Below, piece after piece: positions 26,036-38,297 of a DNA stretch of 64,000 nt (position 1 is its first letter; every line of letters starts with the position of its first letter). The translations under genes and the position numbers were made by a program. The stretch covers positions 2,550,182 to 2,614,181 of the forward strand of contig CM119263.1 of assembly GCA_051294375.1 (NCBI GenBank), given 5' to 3'. The DNA comes from Paraspadella gotoi (lineage: Eukaryota; Animalia; Chaetognatha). Below the pieces are notes generated by a model that worked only from the letters and a program-made list of their open reading frames with translations, was not told where the DNA came from and did no database searches.

Positions 26036-28176
26036 CGTCAAAAAGACTGAGAAACTAGTTTTATTCTGTAATAAAGCGAATACCCATTCATTTGCCTAAT
26101 GCTTATAATCAAAAACACTAAATAGCTGTAAAGTCCAGACGACCACAACACAGATGCTCTTTCAGTCTTCCGGATAAGAGAGATATTCACTTTCGTTTCG
26201 TCATCTCTCTATCGCGATCATTTGGGATTCGTCTTCGTCTTCCGTAATTCTTCCGTATTTATTCCGTATTATTCTGTGTAACTATTCGTGTTTCATAGTT
26301 ATTAACACTTATTATTATTGTCTTGTATAGATATTTCAATTGCTCGCCGGCAAGAGCAGAAGGAATATCTATATGCTTTGATTATTTTATTATGGTACCA
26401 TTAAATATCAAGACTCTTCAGTCCAGTTTCTCTCCCGTCTTCTCCCTCTCCGCTAGGTCGAGGAGGGGGTTCTTTCATAGCAACGGTTTAACCACTATTA
26501 ATATATTCTCGGAATTTGATTACTTCCCTCTTTTAAAATTTTAAATACCGTTAAAATAATAGTCAACGAAAAGGAAGGTTCCAACAAAATTATCGTGAGC
26601 GTTTTGTGTCGCAGGACGGACCGGCGGGTAATAACAAATCATTAATTCAATAATATATTTTTTTTTTCAAATTTATTGTAAATAAACATGAGGGAGGGGA
26701 GAGGAGGAACACTCTCCCCACAAAACTGCATAAAATCGTCTGAGAGTTACGCAGTAAATAGAAGCTAACACTTATCAATGTTTGGAACGCCATGACACGG
26801 GGGGGGGTGAGGGGGCGATGTTAATATGGTTGGGTAAGGGATGGAACAAGGGTAAAATAAAAATTATTTCCCACGAAGCACGAAACGCGAATCACAGAAA
26901 AGTATAACAATCATTAATAAGCAAACGAACGGAACCGAGCTTACAGCATTATTATTTTTTAATATATATATCAAAAACGGCGTTAACTTCCCAAAAACAT
27001 ATCAGGAAGGACGACTTAGCCCGTTGCATAAGTCAGGCGGCAAGTGATGCGTGCGGTTATGTTTGGCGTCACTAACATCCAGATTCTTCGCAGGAATTTA
27101 TTAAACTGGATAAATTTAAATTACTGTTCTTTCTCGTCCCGGCAGCTTACGAATGAGATGATGTTCGTTTGTTCAGTAAAAAAAAAAGATGGCAGCGGCG
27201 ATGAGCGGGACAGAGTGAGAGCGCTGCCTTCCCACCAGTCAAGACTCTCAAGATCAAGAACGCGATGATCCGATGTTCAATTGTTCATCTCTTCATAAAG
27301 TCCAATCTCTGCCAGCGACGACGTCGACCGCAGCGCCGCCGCCGCAAATGGTTGATAACTGGCACATTACAGTGTTCATTTGTTAGCGGACGGCGCCGCC
27401 GCGGCGACGTAAATGGTGACGGTGGCTTGTAGTATAGATCTTATAACGTGAACGTTTTCAGTTGCTTTGTTAAATTCGTTGCACTTTTAAAAATGAAAAG
27501 ACCCCCGTCATGACTTTACAAAAATCCGCAATATCTTCAAAATTACATATTTGTTCTTTAAATGAATTACGTTTTAAGAATCGTTCGCTGCTGCTGCGAA
27601 TGTTGCTGCGCAGTCGACATTCCACTTAGAGATCTTCCGCTGCTGTTTATATTGTCTGTTATATAATATATATATTATATATATTATGTCTGTTTTTGTA
27701 TTTATGGGGTAATCTCAACGACAAAAGTTTTATACAACGATCAATCAATTTGTTATCAATTATCTTCGGAAGATGTCCCTTGCCATTTCTTCCCTACGCC
27801 CGGGATTGTAAAGTCCCGACTTTCGTCTCCCGTTTATGTACTGTATAGTCCGGACGATCATCTACAACTCAGATGCTCTTTTATATCGGATATATCGACG
27901 TTCGTCTCCTTCTCTCTTTCGCGATCATTCGAGATTCTGCGTTGAAAGTTGAAACGGGACTCTTCTCGTGCAAAAGTAAGACAGTTTAGAACCAGTTTAT
28001 TCGTGGACGCTGCCGAGGACTTTTCCTCTACCATTCTGTGCACATTTCGTGGATTTGATTATTTACTTGTTTGATTATTATGAGATTATAGTTTGCTTAT
28101 TATTGATTGTATTGTATGAATATTCATTGAATATCTATATGCTTTATTTCATTAAGGTACTAAATATTAGAACGGA

Positions 28177-28250
28177 ATCACGTGACTTTCAAGAATAAGC
28201 ATTTAAATAAACATTTGCGACGCCATTGGTCTCGGGGTCTTCAGTCCGTT
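28177..28250 (+). promoter_or_regulatory. Candidate NELF-A promoter (E-box ATCACGTGAC, YY1-like CGCCAT, Inr-like TCAGTC)
   Basis: Motifs clustered at the AT-to-GC transition ~550 bp upstream of the ATG. Confidence 0.4.
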
Positions 28251-28769
28251 TGAGGCTCTACGTCTTATTTCGTCTACCCCCCGGGTCCTGGAGGGATTTC
28301 TTCATTTATCGCGGTCATTCGGGATCGACGATTTAACTATTTTAAATCCCGAACGTAAAATGTTATGGGGTGGTGAAAAATACTGCTGTGGAAGGTTATA
28401 CGGCGGCACGATTCTTTCACTAATGACCAAGTGCGATATATCAACGGCGCATTTACTGCAAAGTTCAGACGACCATCTGATTCGGAGATTTTAACATTCA
28501 TTTGAAGAGCATAAAACCCGACAAGCGATTCATAGACAGGCTGTAATGAAAGGCTTCGTTGGTGGGTTGGTTTAACTCGGTTGGCAATGGTTACTGGGGA
28601 GGCTAACCTAGCGAGTAGCGGAGGAGGAGATGGCAAAAGTGTGGTCCTTGCGAGAATCATGTTTACGAGACCCGATACTCGTTTTAAGACCCGGAATATG
28701 ATTAAATTGATACATACCATTTCAGAAGCATAAATATATAAATCTGTCAATGCCACTATTAACTGAACA

Positions 28770-31700
28770 ATGACATCTTCATTCCGGGAAGGAGGCGATA
28801 TTGCCCTTTGGCTTCACAACAAGTTAGGCTCTTCCGACGACAACTGGTCGAGCCATACAATCACCGGCCAACTTAATCCAGACGTATTGAAAAATATTCA
28901 GAGATGCTTTGAGACACTTCAGGTGATAATTACTAATTATTTTATATCTGTACGGTTTAAATCTTCAGACGACCTTGTTAGCAGCGTACTAATTATTTTA
29001 TTTTCGTTTTTTATTTGAAAGCCCAACGTTAAAGTGAAGATATTGCTGTCCTTTCTTCATCTACCGAGGCGGCAATTGGATGAGGCAGAATGGCGACAGG
29101 AATTGAACTCAATCATCGAGATAGCGGGTTCGTCGTTTTTGCAAATGAAAGTTATTTTTTGTATGAAATTCAATTCCATCCTTTTTCCACGCCTGCATCA
29201 ATGCTTTATTTCCATACATTACTTAGGAAACGACACCGACCAATGGGTGGTGATGGTAGCGGATTTGATGAAATCCTTTCCAAACCGATTGCTGTTTAAC
29301 CTGGAAGAAATTAGCGAGCAGGCGGAGGAGCCTTTCGGGGATGTGCTTAAAGATTTAATGAGAGTCGTTAAAAAATCAACAGGTTAATTTTCAGTTAGCC
29401 GAGCTAGTATTTTTTAGAAATAGTTAGAAACATAAAAGACTTGAACTTGAGTACTTTTAACGATTAACGTCAAATCGTTTTGAAAATAGTTAATTGGCTG
29501 AATTTGACCCAGAAAGGATATTTTCGGCAGATCGATCGACGTTGCCTCTCGAGTTTCAATTTCTCGGCAAACAAGCGTTGGCTTCGGCCGTTGGTCATGG
29601 TCTCCCGCAGCAGCCAAGACATTTTACTATAAAACGCAAACCAAAATCGGCCGCATTAAGGTAGGGAACCTTTTTCGATTGTACTCGCTTTAATTTTTTT
29701 AAGTGACCACGACCAGTTCCTCAATAAATATCTAATCTTACAGTATATACTTTTGTTCATTCTACTTTTATGCATATTTAAACTATAGTATTGTTTGTTT
29801 AGAGCTGAATTGCTAAACAAATCGGAGGCTACCAAGAAATCCTTGGGACTTGGCGGGAGCTCGATCGGCAATTCCGCCGTTAAAAGCAGGAATTTTAACG
29901 AGAAAAAGAATTTGCTCGATTCGTCTCTCAATAAGATGAACAAATCGGGAACCGGCGCTTTTTTCAAATCTCCAAACAGTAAATTTATTAATAATCAAAT
30001 AATCTCTTTAGTCGTCGCCGCCGTAGCTCTTAACCTTACTTCCAGGGGGATCGTTGGGAATGCCGCCTAGGGGGAGTTTGGCCTCGCGGAATCAAAACAT
30101 TGGCATCAAAGTTTTGGACATCAAGGATCAGCCGCTCTCCTTCAAGGACGCCAGGAAACGCAAAAAGGAAGAGGAAGAAAAAGATAGAAAGGTTCTTATC
30201 TCTCTCTACTTTTCCCATTTATTTTGTCCTTGTCACCTAAAAACTTGAACACTTGACGCGATAAGGAACGCGATTCGAAGAAAGAAAAGCTTTCCGCACC
30301 TCGTCTTCCAATCGACGGAGTCTCGTCTATCGCCGAGCCGATTTCAAACGGCGCCAGGGCGGGCGCCGCATCCAAAAACCCTGTTACCACGACGGCGCCA
30401 CCGAACGCCACTCCCGATTACGCCGCCTCTTTGGGTACGAAAGGCTTCATAATAAAAAACGCCGTTTTTTCGGGCCCGATTTTGTCGGTCCCACCACCGA
30501 ATCGTGTCGGTAAATCACTGACTTAGATCATCTCAGAACCTCGAATTATGAAAAATTATGCAATAAAAATCGATGTGCGTCCATCCCCCTTAGCTTTGAA
30601 AGCCAATTACTCATGAGTGGATTAACCTAAAATTTGGTGTGCGGGTAAGGAGGCGGTTGATTGAGCTGGAAATAAACTTTCCGCCGATATCGCCCTAGTC
30701 TCCGATCCGATTTGCTTTTGGTGGCTTGATGCTCCTGCGATGATATGAAATGTCAATGTATTATGCAACAATAACAGCAACTGCAATTACAACAATAAGC
30801 ATAACCATCACAACGCCCACAAATACCTTAACCAATAACCTCCATTACGATTGTAAATCTATTATCACTATAACGAAATTAACTACCACAACCACGACCT
30901 AATTTACCTTAATGACCACAAGCGATTAAAAGAAAATATTATAAATCGAAAGAAAATTGAAAAAAGAACTTGTTAAATTAATCATAACTTATTAATTGTT
31001 TGCTGCTTACCGCTAAATGATCGTACCCAGATTCGGCATTTTTTGCTCAAACTTGTTTAGTTTTGAACAGTTGCATGCTAGTGCATTCTTCTTGAAAAAA
31101 GAATCTATTAATGGACACCAGCGATTCATGTCAGATTTGGAATAGTGAGGGAAAAGAGAAAGTAAAGCGGACCATACTTCTTCAAACAATTTTTAATTTG
31201 CAAAAAATTATCAATTTTAGCGATTTTTAGTCGTAGTCGTCGTCGGCGTTCCAAATTATAAATCGCTTTATTATAAAAGTGTGCAATTCTATGAAGCTAT
31301 AAATTTAAATACAGCTTCTCATCATCAAGGTCTTTCAAAATTAATAGTTATATTTCAAATGTTTGATCTAATTTGGAATACATTCTATTTTCGCCACATT
31401 TTTAATAAATTACTTATAATAAATTTAAAAATAAGATAAAAATAAGAAAATAATTAACTAGTTGTAAAAGCACAATATAACAGTGGTTTTTGTTATTTTC
31501 AAAGGCTTGACTTCGACGTTGACGCCGGTTTCCGTAAACGCGGATTCAACGACTTCAATTCCAACGACGACAGATTCCACGCAGAGTTCCGTCGCGACTC
31601 TTCCAGATTACGCCCCTAAAACTTCTGCTATCATTCGTGAGTTTTTCATTCCTATCTTTTCTACTTTTTCTAGTTTCCTTAGTTTCCTTTTTTCTTTCTT

Positions 31701-32710
31701 CACATGATTTCAACCTTTTTTCTTTTACAAAATGAAGTTGATTGAGATTTGGCAATACAAATCTAAGCATTAATAGTATTTTTTTACGCGGAATCACCCT
31801 ACTTTACGCACTCCTTTTTGTATCTTTCTCCACTTTTTTAATTTCATATTTTCAGCTATAGGATCCAACTCTGTTTCCACCAAACGCTTCTCTAATTCGG
31901 CCGTTTTATCCAAATCAACATCTTTAACTGTCCCCTCACTGTCGACCTCGCCGTCGTCTTCTTCCGTCCTTCAACTAGTTAGCCGCACCACCACCCCATC
32001 CAAGCCCCTCACTCTCACGATCTTGACGCTCCCTTCCGCAGCCGGCGATAACGCCAAGCCGACGACCCCGTCCCGCGTTCCAGTGTCTAGGCCTGCCGCG
32101 CAGAGCACCGTCAACGTCAGCAGCAGCGTTTTACAGTCGATCAAGCAGATGCAACAACAGCCGCAACTAGTCAGCACCCCGAGCTCTCAATCGGAAACAG
32201 CGTTAGGGGTGAACGCGACTCACGCGCAATTTCCAACTCAGGTGCGCCTCTTTGGTTATCAGATATTCAAAGAAAAGTAAACTCAAAGCAAATTTTTATC
32301 TGCAGTTGGTTTCTCCTGCTTCTGCTGATGTCAAAAAGGGATTATCTTTAACTAAAGAACAAATGTTGGAGGCGCAAGATATGTTTAAAACATCCAACAA
32401 AGTTACGAGACCTGAGAAAGCGCTCATTCTCGGATTTATGGCAGGATCGAGAGGTAATGAACCTTTAAAATAGCATGTTCTTAATTTTTTTAATATTCTT
32501 AGTTTCTGATTTGGTTTTCAAATGTTACTTTTTTTCGCAGATAACCCTTGTCCTGAAAAGGGACATATTTTGACGATCAGACTGTCGGAAAGAGAAGAAA
32601 TGGTCCAGCCTGATTCGACAAAGCTCCCAACTTTAATGCACGTCGAAACCTATTTTCAAATGAATTACAAAACTGGTGCGTTAAACTCGAAGGTTAACGA
32701 TGATGTACAC

Positions 32711-32742
<32 letters not shown>

Positions 32743-34036
32743 TTTAGGCGATTGGAAACGCATAAAAAAGTGTCGGCCTCTACAATCTCTGCAGAAAGTC
32801 GTGGAACCAGATCGCGCGCAATCGGCGGTAATTCCACCAAAGGCGGTCGAGGACTCCTCTGGGTTGGCCGGCCTCTCCTTCGCGACGGCGTCGACTCCGA
32901 CGATTCATCCCACCACGACGACGATGGTCCGATCGAACGCCCTTCCCCTCGGCGGTGGCCTCGTTCGCGATTCCGCTCGCTTTACGACGCCGCCTCGCGT
33001 GGAAACGGTCGCCAATAGTTCGCAAGGTTTTCGTCTCGTGCCCGTCTCGAATTTCGCGCCATCATCGCCAACGAAATCTCCAAAAAGTGCCGTGGCGACG
33101 CCGCCGGCGCCGTACAACGCCAATGCCTCCGGCATGTCCAAACTGTTGGCCGTCCAGAACCCGATAAGAACGCCTTCGACGGCGACGCAAATGACCCCGC
33201 TGCCCAATGCGACAAGCTTGTTGAGAGCGCCGGCGTCGCACGGCGATACGACGCGATCGGCGCTGGCGAGCTCCGTACCTCAAGGAACGGTGCTGGTTAG
33301 GGCTCCCGACGGCCGCCTGTTGCGAGCCAGCGCGGCGGCCCTGCCTCAGGCCCTCCGCCTCACCACGCAGGGGGCCCTGGCTGTTCCGGGATTCGGTTCC
33401 AAGCAGACGCCCCAATTCAGACTGGCAACGCAACAAATTACTCCGACTCAGCTTCAACAGCAACAGCCCCGGTTCACCACGCCCACGCAAATGCCGTCTT
33501 CATTGACATCGACTCAAGCCGCCACAGCGATTCAACCTCCGAGACTCATCTCCGTCTCAGACCTCTCGGTAGCACGAGCCAACGCTCAAAGTAATGGAGC
33601 CGCCGACGCCACAGCCGCTACTGGCGGACAGACGCGACAAACGCATGGTGACATACAATCAGCGATTAGAAATCGGGGATCCGCGGCGGCGGCCCCGCCT
33701 CTGCGGTAAGGATTTTATTCGTTAGCTGAAGATTCACGTATTTGTAGACTTATTGGTAATTGTAATCTTTCATCTTTCCTATAATAATATAATGCAAGAT
33801 CTAATCTCGGCTATTTGATTGATTTACTTTATTATGACAACAATTTCGTTCTTTTCTACAGATTTGTTGTTCCTGGAACCTCGGCCCTCGGCTTAATGCC
33901 AATTCAGCCACCTTTAAATGCTGCAACCCTCGCCGCTCTACAAAGACAGCAGCTTCAAATCCAACAACTGCAAATGGCCCAACAGCCTCGGCCAGTCAGC
34001 CAAAGTTCCCTTCCCCAGGACAAATTAAAAAGATGA
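28770..34036 (+). CDS. NELFA: Negative elongation factor A (WHSC2) with a long C-terminal extension
   Basis: DIALWLHNKLGSSDDNW; VKVKILLSFLHLPRR; DTDQWVVMVADL; LPLEFQFL; HFTIKRKPKSAALRAELL; GIKVLDIKDQP; TPDYA; KKGLSLTKEQMLEAQDMFKTSNKVTRPEKALILGFMAGSRDNPCP; FQMNYKTGDWKRIKK. Confidence 0.95.
30465..30700 (-). mobile_element. Copy B of the 14440-14890 repeat family, in a NELF-A intron
   Basis: tttgtcggtcc..atcatctcagaac..cgatgtgcgtccatcccccttagc..ccaattactc..gattgagctgga matches the reverse complement of 14610-14850. Confidence 0.7.
31225..31350 (-). mobile_element. Copy of the 17.9-18.5 kb repeat family, in a NELF-A intron
   Basis: gtcgtcgtcggcgttccaaattata...tatgaagct..aaattt..atacagcttctcatcatcaag matches the reverse complement of 18148-18235 and 18435-18480. 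Confidence 0.7.
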
Positions 34037-34397
34037 ATTCAGTTTTTTAGTTACGTATCATTTAATTTACTACGTAGAATTCTTATAGATTTACTACTGG
34101 ATTTTTTAGGGCTCTCAGTCGTGGATTTGAGTAATTTTATTATATTTGTTTGTTTATTTTGACATAAAGTGTGGCCGAAATTTTTCCATTTGAATGCATT
34201 ATAATGCTTTATCCATTCTCTATTCCTATCATTTGTTTCCCATCCTATTCCGAAATTAATCATTACTAGATTTCGTCACTGTTTGAAAAGAAATGATTTA
34301 TGATTTATTTTCTTTCAGTTTCCGTTCTCTCCTCAAAAGGAGTGAATGTGGGATGTTGAGATGAGAGACTGACCGACCAGGAATCGTTCGTCCAGCG

Positions 34398-37300
34398 ATG
34401 GCGAGCGAACGCGGCTTCAATTCCCAGCGAAGTCGAATGACGTCGTCCTCATCCGGGCGCGGCGCCAGAGGCGACCCTCGGGGTCGAGGGCGTGGTCACG
34501 CCCCTTCGCGGGCGGACTCCTTCGGCTCCGGGGAAGGTCTTTCCCTCTCCGCGGATTCAAGATCGTCCACCGATTTCGAGCGCGAGGTTCGAGGCAGTCG
34601 CGGTTACTCGCGCGGCCGAAAGCGCGGTCGTGGGGCTCGCGGCTTTGGCGCATTCGGCGGCGGGGTTCTTCCTAGACAGCCGTTTCAAAATTCTGCTTTT
34701 GGCAACGTTGGCCCACAGACGACGCAGCCGCCACAGTCGCCGCAGGGCGTGCGATTCGCTACTGACGAGAGGTTGTCGGCGGCGGCGCCAGAATTTGTTC
34801 CATTCTCGCCACCTTACCCGCCCACAGTTTTGTCGTTCGTCACTCCGTCCGGCTTGGTCCCCGTTGTCGTCAAATCTCACGTGAAAGAAACCGCGCCCAC
34901 GATCGGTACCGCCTTCGCGTCGACTCCTCTTGGCATGGCGGAAATGGCTGACTCTGGCTGGAGACAATTTCCTATGGCCCAACAACCTTCGAATTACTCG
35001 TCTCAACCCGCAGGTGGTGGTCCGATTTTTGTCGGCGGAGATTCAATGCGCCCAATGTTCCCCTTGTCCGACTCAGCGCCGTCGGCAGCAACGCCTTCCG
35101 TTCGAGACTTTGCACGTCCACCCTACTCCATGCCGGGTCCGCGAACGCGAACCGCTCCCGAAGAGTCGGAACGCGTCGCTTGGCCAAGTAATGATCCAGG
35201 GCTGCGATCACCTTCTGGTGAATCGGAGCGAGTTTCCTGGTCTGGAAAAGACCATCGGACGCGTCCCGCAGCCGACGAGTCGGAGCGCGTTGCCTGGCCT
35301 GGAAAAAACCCGAGGCCCCGACCGGGTTCCGGCGATTCAGAGCGCCTTTCCGGCCCAACAAAGGATTCGCGACCAGCGCCGAATTCGAAGCGTGTCACTC
35401 GGTCCGTCAAGATTGGTTTGAAACATGAAGTCGGCGAAGAAACTGAAGAGCGTCGCGTCGCGCGGACGGACAAATCTCTAGTCGTGACGAAAATTCTTTC
35501 TCCGCGAGACAAGAACGTCGGCGCCTCGCGCCTCTCGGGTCGGCCGAGATTCGTTGCCGAACATTCGGAAGACTTTGCGCCGAAATTCCCGGCGGAAGAA
35601 GCCGCGACAAACATCGTTTCAAGAGACGCGGCCTCAAAACATGCGACTCGAGACGTCGCGCGAAAGAGAGAAAATCGAGACTTGACTGAGCGTAAAACGC
35701 GGTCTAATGAGTGGACGGGAAGGAATGAATATCATTATCGCCGTCCGGTCGATCCAAACGAATTTACAAAAGGACCAATTCGCGCGGAACCTGAGCCACC
35801 TTCCGAGCGGTTCTCCGATATTATTCATTTCAATAGATTTCCCGAAAGGTCCTATCGGACCTCTCGCGCCTCGGCTCTTGACAAAGACTTCCCCGCTTTA
35901 AACAGAACCATGGAGGATTTAAAGTTGGAAGCGGAAGCGCGCGAGGCAGAGCCGGTCACGTGGCGCCGCGCCCGGAAGGTGGTGCAGATGACCGAGATGA
36001 ATCCGGCGCGACCCGCATCCTACGCCGAACTGTTGAAGGGAAAAGGCGTCGCTGCGGAGATGATTCCGGAGTTGAAGGAAGGATTAGAGAACGACGTAGG
36101 CGGAGACGAAGAGCCGAAGGTTACGAAGAAAAGGAGAAATCGTCCAAGAAGACGAGGAAGAAAAAAGCGCGAAGAGGAAGCGAATGGTCAGGAGGAGGAG
36201 GCGGCGGGAGGATCGACGGCAAAAGGGGAAGAAGTTGATCGTCGAAAAAGCGAGGAAACTGAAGCCCGTCTTGAGGGTGGCGGTAACACCGACGCGCCGC
36301 CGAAGACCGAAGGGGCGTCCGCCGCCGATTCCGTCATCGCTCCTCTGACAAAGTGGGGAATCAGCGGTCCGACTTTCGCCGAAATTCTAAAACAACCCGC
36401 CGTTTTAAAACTTCAGCTGCCGACTGCCGGGACCAAAAAGAAAAGGGTGAGAAAAACTAGTAGAATATAACATGTACTTTCTCCGATATGTTTTTTTTAA
36501 CTTGTTGCGTCCACAACATATTTTTATTTTTAGAAACGAACAAAAAAGAAGGGAAATTCTGAAGATAAGCCCCAGGCTCCGTCCGGTAAGAAATCTAAGG
36601 CGCCGATGACGCTGGATCTTTTCAGTCTTTTAAAGCCCAAAAAAGGGGAAATGATGGCGGAGGGTCCGGCCAAGAAAAAGGTCGTGGGCGCGAAGAAGAT
36701 TAAACCGGATCAAACCAGCGCAGGTTTGAGATTTGCCTCCAGATCAAATTTCGGGAAAAGCCGCTCCACAATTTTATTAATATTTTTTTTAGGCGGGATT
36801 CGCATGAGAGGTAAAGAGCGGGAGAAGCCGAAGAAAAAACCTCTTTCCAAGCTCAAGCGCCTCATTCTGGAGGAACGAAGGATGAAGCGGCTCGCCAAAT
36901 CGGTCGTCAAGGAAGAAAATTCCCCCCCGAGCGAAATCCCGAATCGCCCGTCCCTAGAGGCCAACGACGAGTGGCTGACGACGGAAGCCGAGACCGGAGA
37001 CGAGGATAACTCCGGTGACCATGATGAAGTCCAGGGAGCCGCTGGAGAGACGTTTGAGGGCGCCTCGGGGAATTCGGATGGAAGCGGGGGCGTCAAGATT
37101 GTGTCGATTGTGCCGAAAGCGAAGGAGGGAGTAGTCGCGGTAAGATGGTTGGGTTACTTGTGTGAGTTGTGTTGAGTGTGGAGAATCGAGACTCGACAAA
37201 GCAATTGCGATTCTTTTTTCAGGCTCTTCACAGTCGCAAGTTTCGCGATTATTGCACTCACTTCCTCGACCCGGAAATCAATTCGATCGTGAGGAATTTG

Positions 37301-37851
37301 ATGACGACGCTCATGCGATTCCAGGACAAAATCTACGAAAAAGAAAGACACATGTTCAAGAAAAAACGAAGATTTGTCAACGGTCTGAGGGAAGTCCTCA
37401 AGTTTGTGGAACTGAAGAAAATTAAAGTACAGTAGGGTATTTAAGATGATGTTGCATTTTTTTTCTGAAACGTTAATCTTTATTTTTTGTTAACCAGATC
37501 ATCATCATGGCCCCGGATATTGAACCGATCCAATCGGAAGGCGGTCTCGATGACATCGCTCGTCGCATCCTAGATTCGGCCCAGTCCCAGAACCTTCTCA
37601 TTGTCTTTACCATGTCCCGTTATCCGCTTGGTCGGCTCATGAAGAAGCCCGTGCCCGTCTCTTGCGTCGGCATTCTTAACTTCAGCGGCTGCGAGGATGT
37701 CGTGAAAGTCTTGAGAGAGCGAGTCAGCCTTAGGTCGGCGGAGTATGCCCGACGGGCCGAGGAGATTATCGAGTCAGAGACTCGCGTTGCCGCCGCCGAC
37801 GAGAGTGAAGCGACAGCGATCGTGGTGGATCCCGCCCCGCAAGATCTTTGA
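34398..37851 (+). CDS. SECISBP2: SECIS-binding protein 2 family (SBP2/SBP2L)
   Basis: KKSKAPMTLDL; SID MRGKEREKPKKKPLSKLKRLILEER; LHSRKFRDYC; L7Ae domain KRRFVNGLREVLKFVELKKIK-IIIMAPDIEPIQSEGGLDD...LGRLMKKPVPVSCVGILNFSG; N-terminal LSAAAPEFVP and DFPAL motifs. Confidence 0.93.
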
Positions 37852-38268
37852 AGATCGAAGTCGAACGAAACTGTTTTTTTCTAGTTTCACAACCGCTAAT
37901 TTTCGCGATGTTCTAAGACTTGGAAAAATAAAGAACCACTGTGATTTTGTGCCAAGTTTTGCTTTTGTTCTTTTCTGCATGTCGGATTGTTTTTTGAATT
38001 TCGAATTCATTATTTATTAATTTCAGTTAAAAAAGGGCGACATTATTGGGTTTCTAAAATGGCGATGCATTTAGTTTTACGGTAAGTTGACTGAAAAAAG
38101 GTTCTCGACGGCAGATATATGTATTTTTAAGTTTTTCGCTGCTCATAATCGATATTTTGGGCAAAAAGGAGCCACCCAAAAGCGACTAAACGGTGAAAAG
38201 AAATGGTCAGCTCAGGTCAATTAAAGATTGACCCATCGCGAGACAATATTTCACTTCTTAAGTTGCAA

Positions 38269-38276
38269 TCACGTGA
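38269..38276. promoter_or_regulatory. E-box TCACGTGA just upstream of SDHC; YY1-like AAAATGGCG at ~38056
   Basis: Motif matches in the 450-bp intergenic gap. Confidence 0.4.
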
Positions 38277-38297
38277 ACTGAATGCAACGAAACTGTC

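Noticed and set aside
27024-27050. Resemblance to miR-153 (ttgcata.gtca...aagtgatg)
   Set aside because: Needs several insertions including in the seed; no precursor hairpin evident.
27795-27830. tRNA-like anticodon arm (gggattgtaaagtccc)
   Set aside because: No D-arm, T-loop GTTCRA or acceptor stem.
37849-38020. SECIS element or UGA readthrough in SECISBP2 or neighbouring genes
   Set aside because: No ATGA..AA..GA kink-turn stem found by eye, and no in-frame TGA at a conserved Cys position in any gene here.
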